NCBI RefSeq assembly: GCF_001194135.2 | Contig: NC_068990.1 | Coordinates: 85,142,556 to 85,206,555, forward strand | Direction of reading: 5' to 3' | Source of the DNA: Octopus bimaculoides | Taxonomy: Eukaryota | DNA: 64,000 nucleotides | Part shown: piece by piece, positions 21,866-34,600 of the stretch | Numbering within the stretch: the stretch's first letter is position 1 | How the letters are laid out: every line of letters starts with the position of its first letter | Made by a program: the position numbers and the translations under genes | Notes under the pieces: generated by a model | What the model saw: the letters and a program-made list of their open reading frames with translations, nothing else | Databases searched by the model: none | What the model was told of the DNA's origin: nothing

Positions 21866-24800
21866 GTTCCATTTACATTTAGTGATCAGTACTTCATTAT
21901 GCAGCTGTCTTCTCTCTTGCATACAACATCTGATTCCTCTTATGTCCAATTACTAATTTTTTTTCTGATTATATTTGCACTTTGTTGAATGTGTACCCTG
22001 GCATCGTATATCCAGCAGATCATTTTAGCTTCATTTCTTTCTAGTCTTCATTTGTCCTTTGTATTTACATGCTGTTCATACAGAAGCATCATACAATCTG
22101 CTTTTCACTACAAGAACAAGGTCATCTCATTAGTACAGAGAAGTTCCCATGGGCCACTGGTCTTTAATTCCTCTGTTATGACCAGGATAAATTGGAGGGA
22201 AATGAGAGTTGAGCCCTGGTGAACTCCTACCTGCACACTAAATTTACTGCTGTACTCATTGCTAACTCTCATCTTACTGACAACATCCATGTACATGGCT
22301 TGAATAACACCAGATTTCTCCACACACTTTGATTATTTTCATTCCTGCATTTGAAAAAAGGTAATTTTTTTCTGAAATATTGGATCATTAGGCAATCTAG
22401 GTGAGGTAATACAATATCTTTTCTTTTTTTTTTTCATTCATTGACATCATTTCACATATTTTGTTTAGCTCTTTGCCTGCATCGATTGCTCAAAAGGTTT
22501 TGCAAACATTTATCGTTTCCACACATGGCAGTGCTGCAAACAAATTACAATACTCACATATTCAATATAATTTTCCTCACTTATAATTTTTTGTGCATTT
22601 TCAATTGTGTATTCACAATTGTCAGCGCTCATATTATTATAATTTTCAGTATATTTTACTATGTTTTAATTTTAATATAATTTTTAGTAATCTTATAGCT
22701 TTTCATCTGATTAAACTAAGACAAATAACAATGATATAACTATTGTTAAGGAACACCAAATAGAAACAGTTATTGATAAGACAAACACATCTGTAGATAC
22801 TGATGATCAGTTCACTTACCACTGGTCCTGGTTGTCCACGAAGTCCCTTGTTTCCTACTGGTCCAAGTGGTCCCTATTTTTCAAGGAAGATTAAAGAATA
22901 GAAAATAAAAATGCATGTAAATTATTGAGTACTACTAGCGTAGTTAATAATTACAACTCACAGCTAAATTTTTTTGTTAATTTAGTGTTTAAACTAAAAG
23001 ACTCAGTAAAAGTATGTGAATGGTTTATCAAGAGAATAATATGATAGTCTGAGCATCGGATAAAATGCTTTGCAGTATTTGTTCTAAGTATTTATGCCCT
23101 AAGTTCAAATTCCACATAGGTCAACATTTCCTTTCATCCTTCTGGGTCGATAAGAAAAAGTACTGTAATTGACCAATCACCTCCTCTCGATATTTCTCAC
23201 TCCGTGCTTAAATAAGAAACCATTATCTGAAAGCAACTGACCAACTCAATGTTTACTGTTAATATGGAAGTCACGTAGGATGTTTTTAGAGAAAAACTTA
23301 GGTGCTCAAATGAAGTTTTGCTATTTCCCAAGCAATCTCAAAAGAATCATCTTTGAAAAGATGCATTTACATTTACTTAAATGGCTTCCTATGATTTTCA
23401 AAAGTAGTCTAAGATGGAGGGTCCTGGAGCTATGCAAAGTGTATAATTCAGAGCAGGGTCAATGTCTGTCAAGTGACTATTATATGGTCCTTGTATCACT
23501 ATACAGCAGCAGAAGATATCTATATAATCTGGAAATCAGTATACAGCAGCAAGTGGATGATACATAATCCATGTTTGTTATATAGTTTCCATATCATAAT
23601 ACATTATGCACCAGGTGAATGTCATATAATTTCTGCATCTTTATACAACACTAAGCGAATGTTATATACCTTTTGTGCTATAAAGCATCAAGTGAAAGTT
23701 ATATAGTTACTCTGTCATTAAACAGCATTGGAATAATGTTAAACATTCTTTGTGTCATCAAATGGTACCAGGTGATATTTATATAATCTAGGTGTTAGTG
23801 AAGAGCACAAGATGATCGTTATATAATCCTGCCCTTATGTGGTCTGTTATGCACCATGATTCCTGGAGATCATGACATTAAGGTATAAGACTATAACATG
23901 ACGAGTTCAAAGTTATACTAGAATTATTGCAAATAAGAAGAGAGGATAATAATACATACACTAGGTCCTGGTGGACCTTGCTGTCCCATAGGTCCAGGAA
24001 AACCACGGTCACCTTTCTTGCCAATTTCTCCAGCGACTCCTTGAAGTCCAGGGCTACCAGCTGGTCCCTATGAACAAAACAAACAATTATAAAGACTAAG
24101 GGTAGATGATTTTTCAGAGACAACATAAACTTTTATTTGACAATTATTTAACAGAAATATTAAAAAAAGAGCCTTCCTACATGTTTGCATATTTGCCCTA
24201 GTGGGGGAATGTACAGAACAAAAAAAAAACCCTTTGAAGTCATGAATCTTCATTCAAGAATTCATAAATAAATGTGGGTTCATTTTCTACATCGTCTTCC
24301 ACATCACAATGTGATTTAACATTTATTATCTGGAATTTGTTAAAATAGAAATGGTTTTTATATATGGTATTTGAAGGCATATAAGATGCACTTCTTTCCT
24401 CCAAAAATGTCTCGAAAGGCATCCTGAATTCTATATATGAAGTTGGGCCAATATTATAAGCCTAAATATGCTTTAAAATTTTTTTCCTAAATATGCACTG
24501 CATCTGATATGCCAGTGCGTCTTTTATGCCATCAAATATGGTAAATTGCATATATTATTTTGATAATCTCCAAAGCCTTTCATTTAAAATTTTAAAAACA
24601 GATGGAAGAAAATAAGTTTACCTGTTTTCCTGTTAAACCTGGTAATCCAGTTTCACCTTGGGCACCGAGTGGTCCCTATAATATAAAAAGTAAAGAATAC
24701 ATAAAGGGAAAAATAAAGTAATTGAAGAAGGTGCTGTAGATCAGGGGTTTTCAAACTGTGGTCTGCAAACCACAGGGGGTCCGCAAGGACAAGACAGGGG

Positions 24801-27800
24801 GTCCATGGACAGCAAATACTTTTTATGGGCAATTTGATTTTATATATGTTTTTTAATCGAAATCTTTTAATTGACAATAAACCTATTTGTTAAATACTGT
24901 TAAATAAATAAATGTAAAAATATATGTTATTTTAAGCAAATATTTATGTATAAATTTCATAAGCATTTATAAGGGGGTCCCTAAGGTAAAGCCTAAAATA
25001 TAAAGGGGTCTGCAAGTCAAAAAGTTTGAAAACCCCTGCTGTAGATCAAGTCAATTTAATAAAGGATATACATGTGCTTGAGCACTGCTGGTATTTAGCA
25101 TGGGTAATCATCAGTGATGGTCTTCCTTGGTCACAAGTGGACACCCATTATCATCCATCATCATACATATATATACGAGTTGCCATGATTAATCAATAAA
25201 TCCACAACTTTTTTTTTATTCTCTTTCTGTTTATTTCTTCTGTTAAAGAGCGTAGGCTCGAAATGTAAAAGACTTTCTCAGTTTCCTGATCATCAAAGTA
25301 ATACACCTGCTTGTTGTTTATACAACTGTCTTCGCCTTTTGTTTTTCTGTAAATTTCAACTATATATATATATATATATATATNNNNNNNNNNNNNNNNN
25401 NNNNNNNNNNNNNNNNNNNNNNNNNNNNNNNNNNNNNNNNNNNNNNNNNNNNNNNNNNNNNNNNNNNNNNNNNNNTATATATATAGTTGAAATTTATATA
25501 TGTATATGTGTATATGTATGTATGTATGTATGTATGTGTATGTATGTATGTATAACATGGTATACTATTCTGTGAAGATAAGATTAAAAAAAAAAAAAAG
25601 TACTCCATCCGGCAAGAGATAAATATTGTTTAATGCACATATTTTTATGAACTACTTCAGAGCCTGAAGATTGCATGAAATCTCTTGTCGTGAACAACAA
25701 ATGAAGATTTAGTAAAATAAAATATTGATCATGTTCTATGGACATGAATGTCTCTTGAGGCCTGCTGGCGCCTTGCAAGCCTTTTGGCAAATGGAACAAG
25801 TTGAGGACTCAGTTTGCTTGTGTGCTTGTGGGTCATTTACTATATATGTTTATGTATATATATATAAATCTCCTCATCATTACTTTTGTAACATCCACTT
25901 CTCCATGGTTTGCATAATGGTGTCACTTATTTACAGCCACCTCATCATGTTAAGAGAAGGAGTAAACACATGCAGACACACATACACAGATAGACACACA
26001 CATAAAAATATATAAATGATGCTTCTGTCAATCAAAATCACTCACAAAGCTCTGATTGAACTGGGGCTATAGCAGAAAACACCTGTCCATGATATTCATT
26101 TTTGGATTGGTATTTTAGAGAAATTTTAAGAGTAAAAACAAAACATTTACTAGTAAAATAAACTGTGGCAAAACTGATTTTATTTTATTTATAAAACCTT
26201 TATTAAGTACATTTAGTGTGTTTTACTTACAATAGTTCCTTGTAGTCCATCTTTTCCATCAGTACCAGGTCGACCTGCTTCACCCTAAACAGGAGAAAAA
26301 GGACAAATGATTAATTGTGGCATCTGATATATATATACATATATGCTTAGATCATCATCATCATCATCATCATCGTTTAACGTCCGCTTTCCATGCTAGC
26401 ATGGGTTGGACGATTTGACTGAGGACTGGTGAAACCGGATGGCAACACCAGTCCTCAGTCCAGAATTTTTTAACGGTTTGTTCTGGAGAAAGGGGCAGTG
26501 CTCATGTCCCTTGCAGACCATCTGAGATTTGAGAAAGATGTGGATATGAATCTTATACACAAAGAAAAAAAGCAGAGCTGAGAAAATATTACAGACCTGT
26601 TTGTTAGTTATAACATCTATAATTTTGTCATTGATTTGAGTATAATTTACTGAATTAATCACAAAATTGTAATGAGTCTTTCTTCTTAGCCACTCTAGAT
26701 TAATAAAATACGGAGATGATTTTTAAAATGAGAATATCTGAAATAAACCTGACTGCTCTCACAAACGAGAATACTAAAAATGAACCTGACCACTCTCAAA
26801 AAAATTAAGTAAAAAAAAAACAGGAAAAATAATCCAGAATTCTCGTTCGGTACTGGATTGATCTCATAATCAGTTCATGCCAGTCATGACTTCAAACATC
26901 CCTGGAAGTTTCATACGAATTCATCCAGCAGTTCTTGAGAGATCTTGTCCATGGAGAAACAAACAAATATGACTGAAAACAATATCTCTGCCTTTGCTAA
27001 GGGGGAGGTAACAACGCAAGAAATGCCAAAAAGGAGGTATTGTGTACTTTAAGCTTAGGAAGACAAAGCGACAAAGGTCTCAGGGGTGTTGAGCACCACC
27101 ACTCTCACTGATTGCTTGATGTTATCATAATAAGAAGAAAACCACCCTTAAATCACACCTACCCTCATGCAGGTGGAAAGATATGCTGGACAGTGTCGAG
27201 GAAAAATTATTTTAAAAAATAAAAGAAAAAATTATCTTACCTTTGCACCAGCATTACCGAGGGGTCCAGGTGGTCCAGGATAGCCAACAACACCCTAAAA
27301 TTAAATGACAGGAAGAAATATATAAATCAATATTAAAATAATATATAGGTGATGTAGTTATAGATAATGGGGATTATTATTGTTGAAATATAAATAAACA
27401 GGAAGAGAGACAAGCTAAGCATGGAATGCCTACATGATTGCATAATCAGTTAGAACATAAGGCAATGTAGCATATTCAATAAAGTTATATAAAAAATATC
27501 TAAAAAATGAAAGAAAATTTCCTAATGACTATGAGGTTGAACAGGGAAACAACGGCAAAATCTTAAACTTACAGGTTCTCCTTTCGGTCCATCAGGGCCT
27601 CGTGGTCCTCTGGTACCAACTTTTCCTTGCAGACCTGTCTTACCCATGTCTCCTTTTTGTCCAATATTACCCGGAAGACCCTGAAATATAAGTGTAAATA
27701 ATAATAGAAAAAAAAAAGATGAGAGGCTGAGAAAGAATGGAAAATAGTTGAGAAGAACTTTGGGTAAAATATTTTGCACTGAGGACATTTGTTATTTCCA

Positions 27801-30228
27801 ATTTGATATATAATTTGAGAATTATGCAAGGCCCCTTCCTTCAGTTCTTCAAAGAAGTGAAAGTGTCTTCTTCAAAACATTTTTTCCCCTGTAAAATGAA
27901 TTTAAACTTATGAGATATGTTAACTCTTTCCTGAATGACCAGAATCTATTGTGTTGCTGCTTAAATATGGCTTTTGTACAAATAAATTAATGTAATATAA
28001 GTTGCTGTCCTTTCTGGAATAGGAAGCTAATCCACTACAAATAACTTCACCCAGCAGCTAAAAGACCTTGCACTTTCCATAAGTAATAATTAAATTAACA
28101 ATAAATATCTTCCTTTCTCTGGAATACAATGCTAACTTCATTGCAAGTAAATTATTTTCATACAGTTAAGTGCTAAACTTTGGTTCCTGTAGAATGAAGC
28201 AGATAAGTGACAATTTACTCTTCCACTACTAGGATACATATATATGGGTTAGAGGAGAAGGTTAATGGCACAGTGGTTAGAATATCAGGCGCAAAACTAT
28301 GAGGTGGTGTGTTGATTCCTGGATTGGCCAATGTATCGTGTTCTTGAGCAAAACACTTTATTTCACATTGCTCCAGTTCACTCAGCTGTAGAAGTGAGTT
28401 GCGACATCACTGGTGCCAAGCTGTATCGGCCTTTGCTTTATCCCTTAGATAACATCATTGGTGTGGAGAGGGGAGGCTGATATGCATGGGCAGCTGCTGG
28501 TCTTCCATAAACGACCATGCCCGGACAGGACTTGTGCTTTGGAGGGGTACTTTTTAGGTGCAATCCCATGGTCATTCAGGACCGAGGAGATGGGCATACA
28601 TTAGTATGCAACCACTAACAATATAGATATATTAATAAGTGACCTCTAGCAAATGGATTATATTTACAAGTAGGCCTTTGAAAGAATATGTTAATAGTTC
28701 ATGTCAGGCATGATGTTACCATGTGACACTTGCCAGAATATATTAACACATGAAATATGTCTGACTTTTGACATTTAAAATATATTTACAGATAATCTTT
28801 GGCATAATATTAACAAATGACCTCTAAGAAGATACCAACATGCAACTATTGACAGAATATGTCAACGTATGAGCTAGAATGTTAATATGTGACTGATGCC
28901 AGAATCTGTTGACATTTAACCTTTGACACATTATGTTAACACTTCACTTTTGATGGAATATATCAACATTTGACCTGACATGTGTTAATATATAATTTAT
29001 GACTTTAAGAATATTATCATCTTCAATGCTCTTCCTCAACAACCAAATACTTACAACTTCTCCTTCTTTTCCGGGTATACCAGGAGGTCCTGATGAACCA
29101 GGGGCTCCTTTCTCTCCCAATGGTCCTTGAGGGCCAGTATTTCCAGGTACACCAGGTGGTCCCTGAAATGAATAAAATTAGAATATATTGTAAGTTATTA
29201 CAAAAAATTTATATAGAAGATGCCTGCATGAACACACACACTTTCCTACCATTTGAACTCTTAAACATGGCGACTAATGAATGTACAACAACAGCAAAAG
29301 TTTTTGACTCCTCATCTACGATCCACATATAAAAAAAAAGAGAAGAAAAAGAACACTGTCTTGAAAGATAACATAAAATGCAGGCTCACAAATTCCCTTT
29401 CTGCCACCAAGTATATGTGTACAAGAATGACACTTCCAGAACTTGCAATTTCTCAAATGGAGTACCCTAAGGAATTTTCCCTTCATCTACTCTTTTCATC
29501 TTATACTTACATGATTTTCCAATTCCTCCACAGACAGACAGTCTTGCATGCAGAAAACATCATACACACAGTCTTCTTGTATTCTTCAGACACTGCTGCA
29601 TAACTGCTAATTAACATGGCATCAAAATACATGGCTTGCATATCTCTAATTTAAGGCTTCCAGACAATACTGCTCTACTTGGCAAGACTGAAGCTGGACT
29701 ACAAGAAATGACAATCGAAACACTATCAAACACACATGGTCTTTATCTCAACCACAAGAAAACAAAAGCCATAGTAGTAAGGAAAGAGAAGGTAAATGCT
29801 AGCATTAAACTGGTAGGGACCATGGTGGTAGTGTTATCAGGTATCTCCTCCTTTGGATCATATCAGAGACTCTGGATATTATTCAACTGAGACTGGATAT
29901 TATTCAACCGTTTCATTCTTGGTCTACCTTTAAGTCTCCTGCTGGTTGTCTTGACATGAAGATTTCATCTTGCAATGATTCTTTCCTGTAACATTCTTAT
30001 CATGTACCTGTAGTGCTGGAGCTGTGACCTCTCAATGCAAAGATGTAGTGGATCAACCTGGAGAGACTCTTTGATCTCCAAACTATGCACCAAAATACCC
30101 TTTGAAGGAACCCCATCTCAGCCACTTGCATTTATGATTGCACTCTTTCAGCCTTTATCCAACATTCATGACAATAGGTGAGTTGCATCTGGCTAAACAT
30201 ACATTTACACACACACACACACACACAT

Positions 30229-30312
<84 letters not shown>

Positions 30313-31596
30313 CCATACATAAGCATACATATATGCACTCATAAAAAACTCAAATATGAGAAATAGAAATAAAAATAAAAATATGTCTTACCATGGGGCC
30401 ACTTGTTCCTGGTGGTCCAGTGGGTCCGGCAGGTCCAGGTGGGCCCTGTAAAGTAAAAGAAACATTATATTAAAGTTTGTGGTGTATCAGTGTGACCAAA
30501 ACCTATTTTTGCTTTGTTCAACTTTTCAACATCTTCTCTTTTCTAGTTACTACCTTCTCTTTCTCATCACCTTCTCCTTCCCCCCTTCTGTCTCAACTTG
30601 GACCCAAGCCTATCATAAAGACTGACTCACTAATTTTCTTTGGTAAGGAAGAGCAAATATTCTTTCTCTGTTTGGTAGGGGTATGATGAAGGAAATTTTG
30701 TGCTGGACACAGCTGAAAGAAGGTTGAAGACAGAAAAAACCCCCTTAAGGAGGACTTATGAGGGTGGAGATGTTTTATGAAAGGTGAGTGAGATTGGTGA
30801 AATTGGAGCCCATAAGAGCCCACATTGATTATATGGCAGCAGATTTTTGGAAAAGAACTAGATGAAGCCATTTGGTTTTGGTCTATCAGGGTAAGTTGTG
30901 TTTTATGTAGTTAACCTCTGATTTCAAATCTAACTGGAAATATCTTTTGACTTAATTTCATTAAAGTTTACAGAATAAAGTATTACTCATATACAGGGTA
31001 TTTTTTTAAAATGAATATGCCCCTTCTTCTTCTTCACAACATCTGTGGCTTCATTCTAATGTAAGAAATCCTTATTAGCCCTGTCAGGTTGATGAAGGTT
31101 AGTTTTTTAGATTCATTTGCACCAAATCACTGTAAATCTTCTGTGCTTAGTTTAACATTAAGGGCAAAAAAAACTAAAACTTATTTTTTCCATTTTTCAT
31201 AATATGGAAGTGAAAGGGAAAAGATTTCACCAACTAAAATATGTCACAAATGATGTCTTCATTGATCAATCAACCAACCAACCAGTCAGTCAGCCAAAAT
31301 GACCAACTGACTGACCGACCCACCAACCAACCAACCAACCAACCAGCCATTGCAGAAAAGGACTTTATATAAATATAAAAAATGTTTACCTTGGGTCCTT
31401 GATCTCCAGCTTCACCTTTTTCTCCTGGAAGTCCTGGATTACCCTGAAGTCCTGGAGTTCCAGTTTGACCTCTTAATCCACGTGGACCATCACTACCCTG
31501 AATAAGGGGGGAGGAAAAAAGAAAGATTACATTGAGTGAAGGGACAAACCCATAAGGGAAAATATTGACATTACAACACTTCCAAATGATGATGAC

Positions 31597-31629
<33 letters not shown>

Positions 31630-34600
31630 GATGATGATGATGATGATGATGATGATGATAGTAATAATAATAAAAATAATAGTAACAATAGTAATGATGA
31701 TGATGATGATGACAATGACAACGATGACAACGATGAGGACAATGATGATGATGATGATGATGATGATGATAGTACGCATACATATTATATTATATTTAAA
31801 ACTTTAAATCAGGTTGTCCCATAAATAATGTCCGAAATATCATACGTGTAATTTCTATTAAATTTTACAGTATTCTAAAATGTCAAATGATAATGATTGA
31901 TATTCATATGAATTTGGAAGCCATTAATCTAATATAATTCCTTTCTACAGAATAATTCGACTGAATTAATTACTAATATTAATCCCTCAAAGATGGAAAT
32001 ATTGAAGGAACATTTAGGGCACATAATGCTTTATGATTTCAAAAAAGGAAACAGTACAGAAGTGACCTGACATATCCATTCTGTTTACTAGAAAGAGTGC
32101 TTGAATGAAAGCAGTTGCAGAAGATGGTTTGCAAAGTTAAAAATTGTGATTTCTACTTAAAAGAGAGGCCATGAATAGGCCGACCTATAGATTTTGTCAG
32201 AGCTTGAGAAGGATAAAGCTGTGTTAGTTGAAGAATTGGTAAGTAAGCTCAATTAAAGCCATTCAACTGTTCACCACCATCTTCAATAGCTTGGAAAGGT
32301 GCCCAAACTTGGAAAATTATTGGTTCCCCATAATTTGATAGAAGCTAACTGAAAATCATAAGAGGACATTAAATTTAATAAAATGTAAAATTAGATTACT
32401 TTTTTTTTTCGCTTACCCCAAATTTGGACATTACTTATAGGATGACCTGATGTATTTGTGAGATTTTACTTACTTTACGTCCTGTTGGTCCTTGAACACC
32501 TGGGGCACCAAATTCACCTGTTGGTCCCTAGAATATAAGAAATATTGTGACTTGAACAGAACTAAAGAGTAATGTACTGATAAAGACTGCAAGTTGAGTT
32601 GATTAAAGAAAACTACAAAAACATTAGAGCACATACGATAATTATATGGCCCTATGACGGAATATACAATAGTGTACATGATTATTTGGTATATGATGTA
32701 TATAAATTAGAACATAGAACAGAATGTATATGATAGACTATATAATAGAGAATATGGTTGTGTATATTATGATGTAAATGATAGACTGTATGAGAAAGTA
32801 TGTGACAGAGAATATGATAGTGTATTTTAATTAGAATATGTGAGAGGGCAGAATGAAGAGAATCTTAGATTATGATAGAATGGTTGGTTATATGATAGAT
32901 GATAATATAGTGCATATGACAGAACTTTTGATAGGACTATATGTTAGTTTATATGATACAAAATATGACAGTATATATGAATTGACATATATGCTAGAAT
33001 ATCAGATAGTGTATGATAAAAGGTATGAGAGAGCATATGATATGTATATGAATATGTATATGAATATGAATTAGAGAATGTAATAGAGAGCATGATAAAC
33101 TATGCAATAAATTATATGGTAGTATATATGAATTAGAATATAGAATAAAGTATATAATTTGTCATAAATGATAGAGAATACAATATATACCGTAAATCCT
33201 CAAGTATAATCCGCATTTTTTCCCCAAAATTTAAAGGTCAAAATCCCTAGTGCGTACTATATACGAGGTTAAAAATGAAAAATATTTTCTAAACAATGTC
33301 CGAGTCTCTATTTACTGTCCAGCAATGTTTATTCAGACGCATTTTGTGATGTCAGGCTTGTAACTGATAGTGATAGATATATGTAAAGGTAATTTACTTA
33401 ATATTTATTTTTCACTGACGTTATTACTGTTATTTCTTTACTTTCTGCCAACAAAGTGCACAAAAAAGCTACACGTTTGCATTATATTATATATGCAATA
33501 ATAATAAAGGATGTTACCGTATATATGTTTACAAACCAAGGACGTTTATAGACCTCCTTAACTCAAGTTAGAGAAGAGGTGCGTATTATACACAAGGTTT
33601 AGGTTTTTCAGAGGTACAGCCCCTTAAAAATCCCCTGCGTATTATACTCAAAGGTCGACTATACTCGAGGATTTACAGTATATATATATACATATAGAAA
33701 AGCAATATAGACAGAGCATATGAATAACAGCATGATAGAACACAGTGAAATACTTGTAGTAGTTCAGCAGAACCATATTGTATTATGATCTCAAATGGTA
33801 ACAGCAGCAGGCTTTAGTTACCCATGGCACCTAAGATGCAGATAAAAATATGGGTAAATTGACCAAATATACACATCGATGGACTGTGTCACTGAGAGTT
33901 GAACATTTTTGCTGGTGATAAACACACAAACATTCAACCCTTTAGAAATGACCTAAGGAGAGTGTGAAACATACTAAATAATGAGGTTTCCATAGTTAAA
34001 TGAAGTTGAACCCCAAACTAGTTGGCAAGCTGGTGCTTTCCATCTCCCAATAGTGCTCAAGTTTTGCCATGTGTAGGGTTTATGCTTGCAGTAAGGACTA
34101 CATTGGTTACTCATATCATAGTGTTACAGGAAAGTGAACTTACTGGTGGTCCTGGTGCTCCTTGCAAACCTGTTGGTCCTTGAGGTCCAATTGGTCCCTG
34201 AATTTGAAAAGAAACAAAGATATTATGTGCTGTAATCATATACACAAATACTGAATTAAGTAGTGATTTATAACTTTGATACAAGGTCACAATCGTTATT
34301 GTTTGTTTATTTATTTTTTGTTTAGGCTGAAGTTGATTTGATTAATTTGACTGGCAGTTATTTTATCACTCTCAGAATGAGAAAAGCCAAATTGACATTA
34401 GTAAGATTTGAACTCATAAGGCAGAGAGAAGTAATTAGATACCAAAAAGGAAATTATTCAGCACTTTACCATTTCTGCAATTCCAGGCTAGTGTGCTAAA
34501 CTAATGAAAACATGGTTCAAATCTTCCTACCATAGTTATTGCATTATGAAATAATTATTCCAAGAAATATTCTTAAAATTAGGCATAGAGCTCTTGTTAA

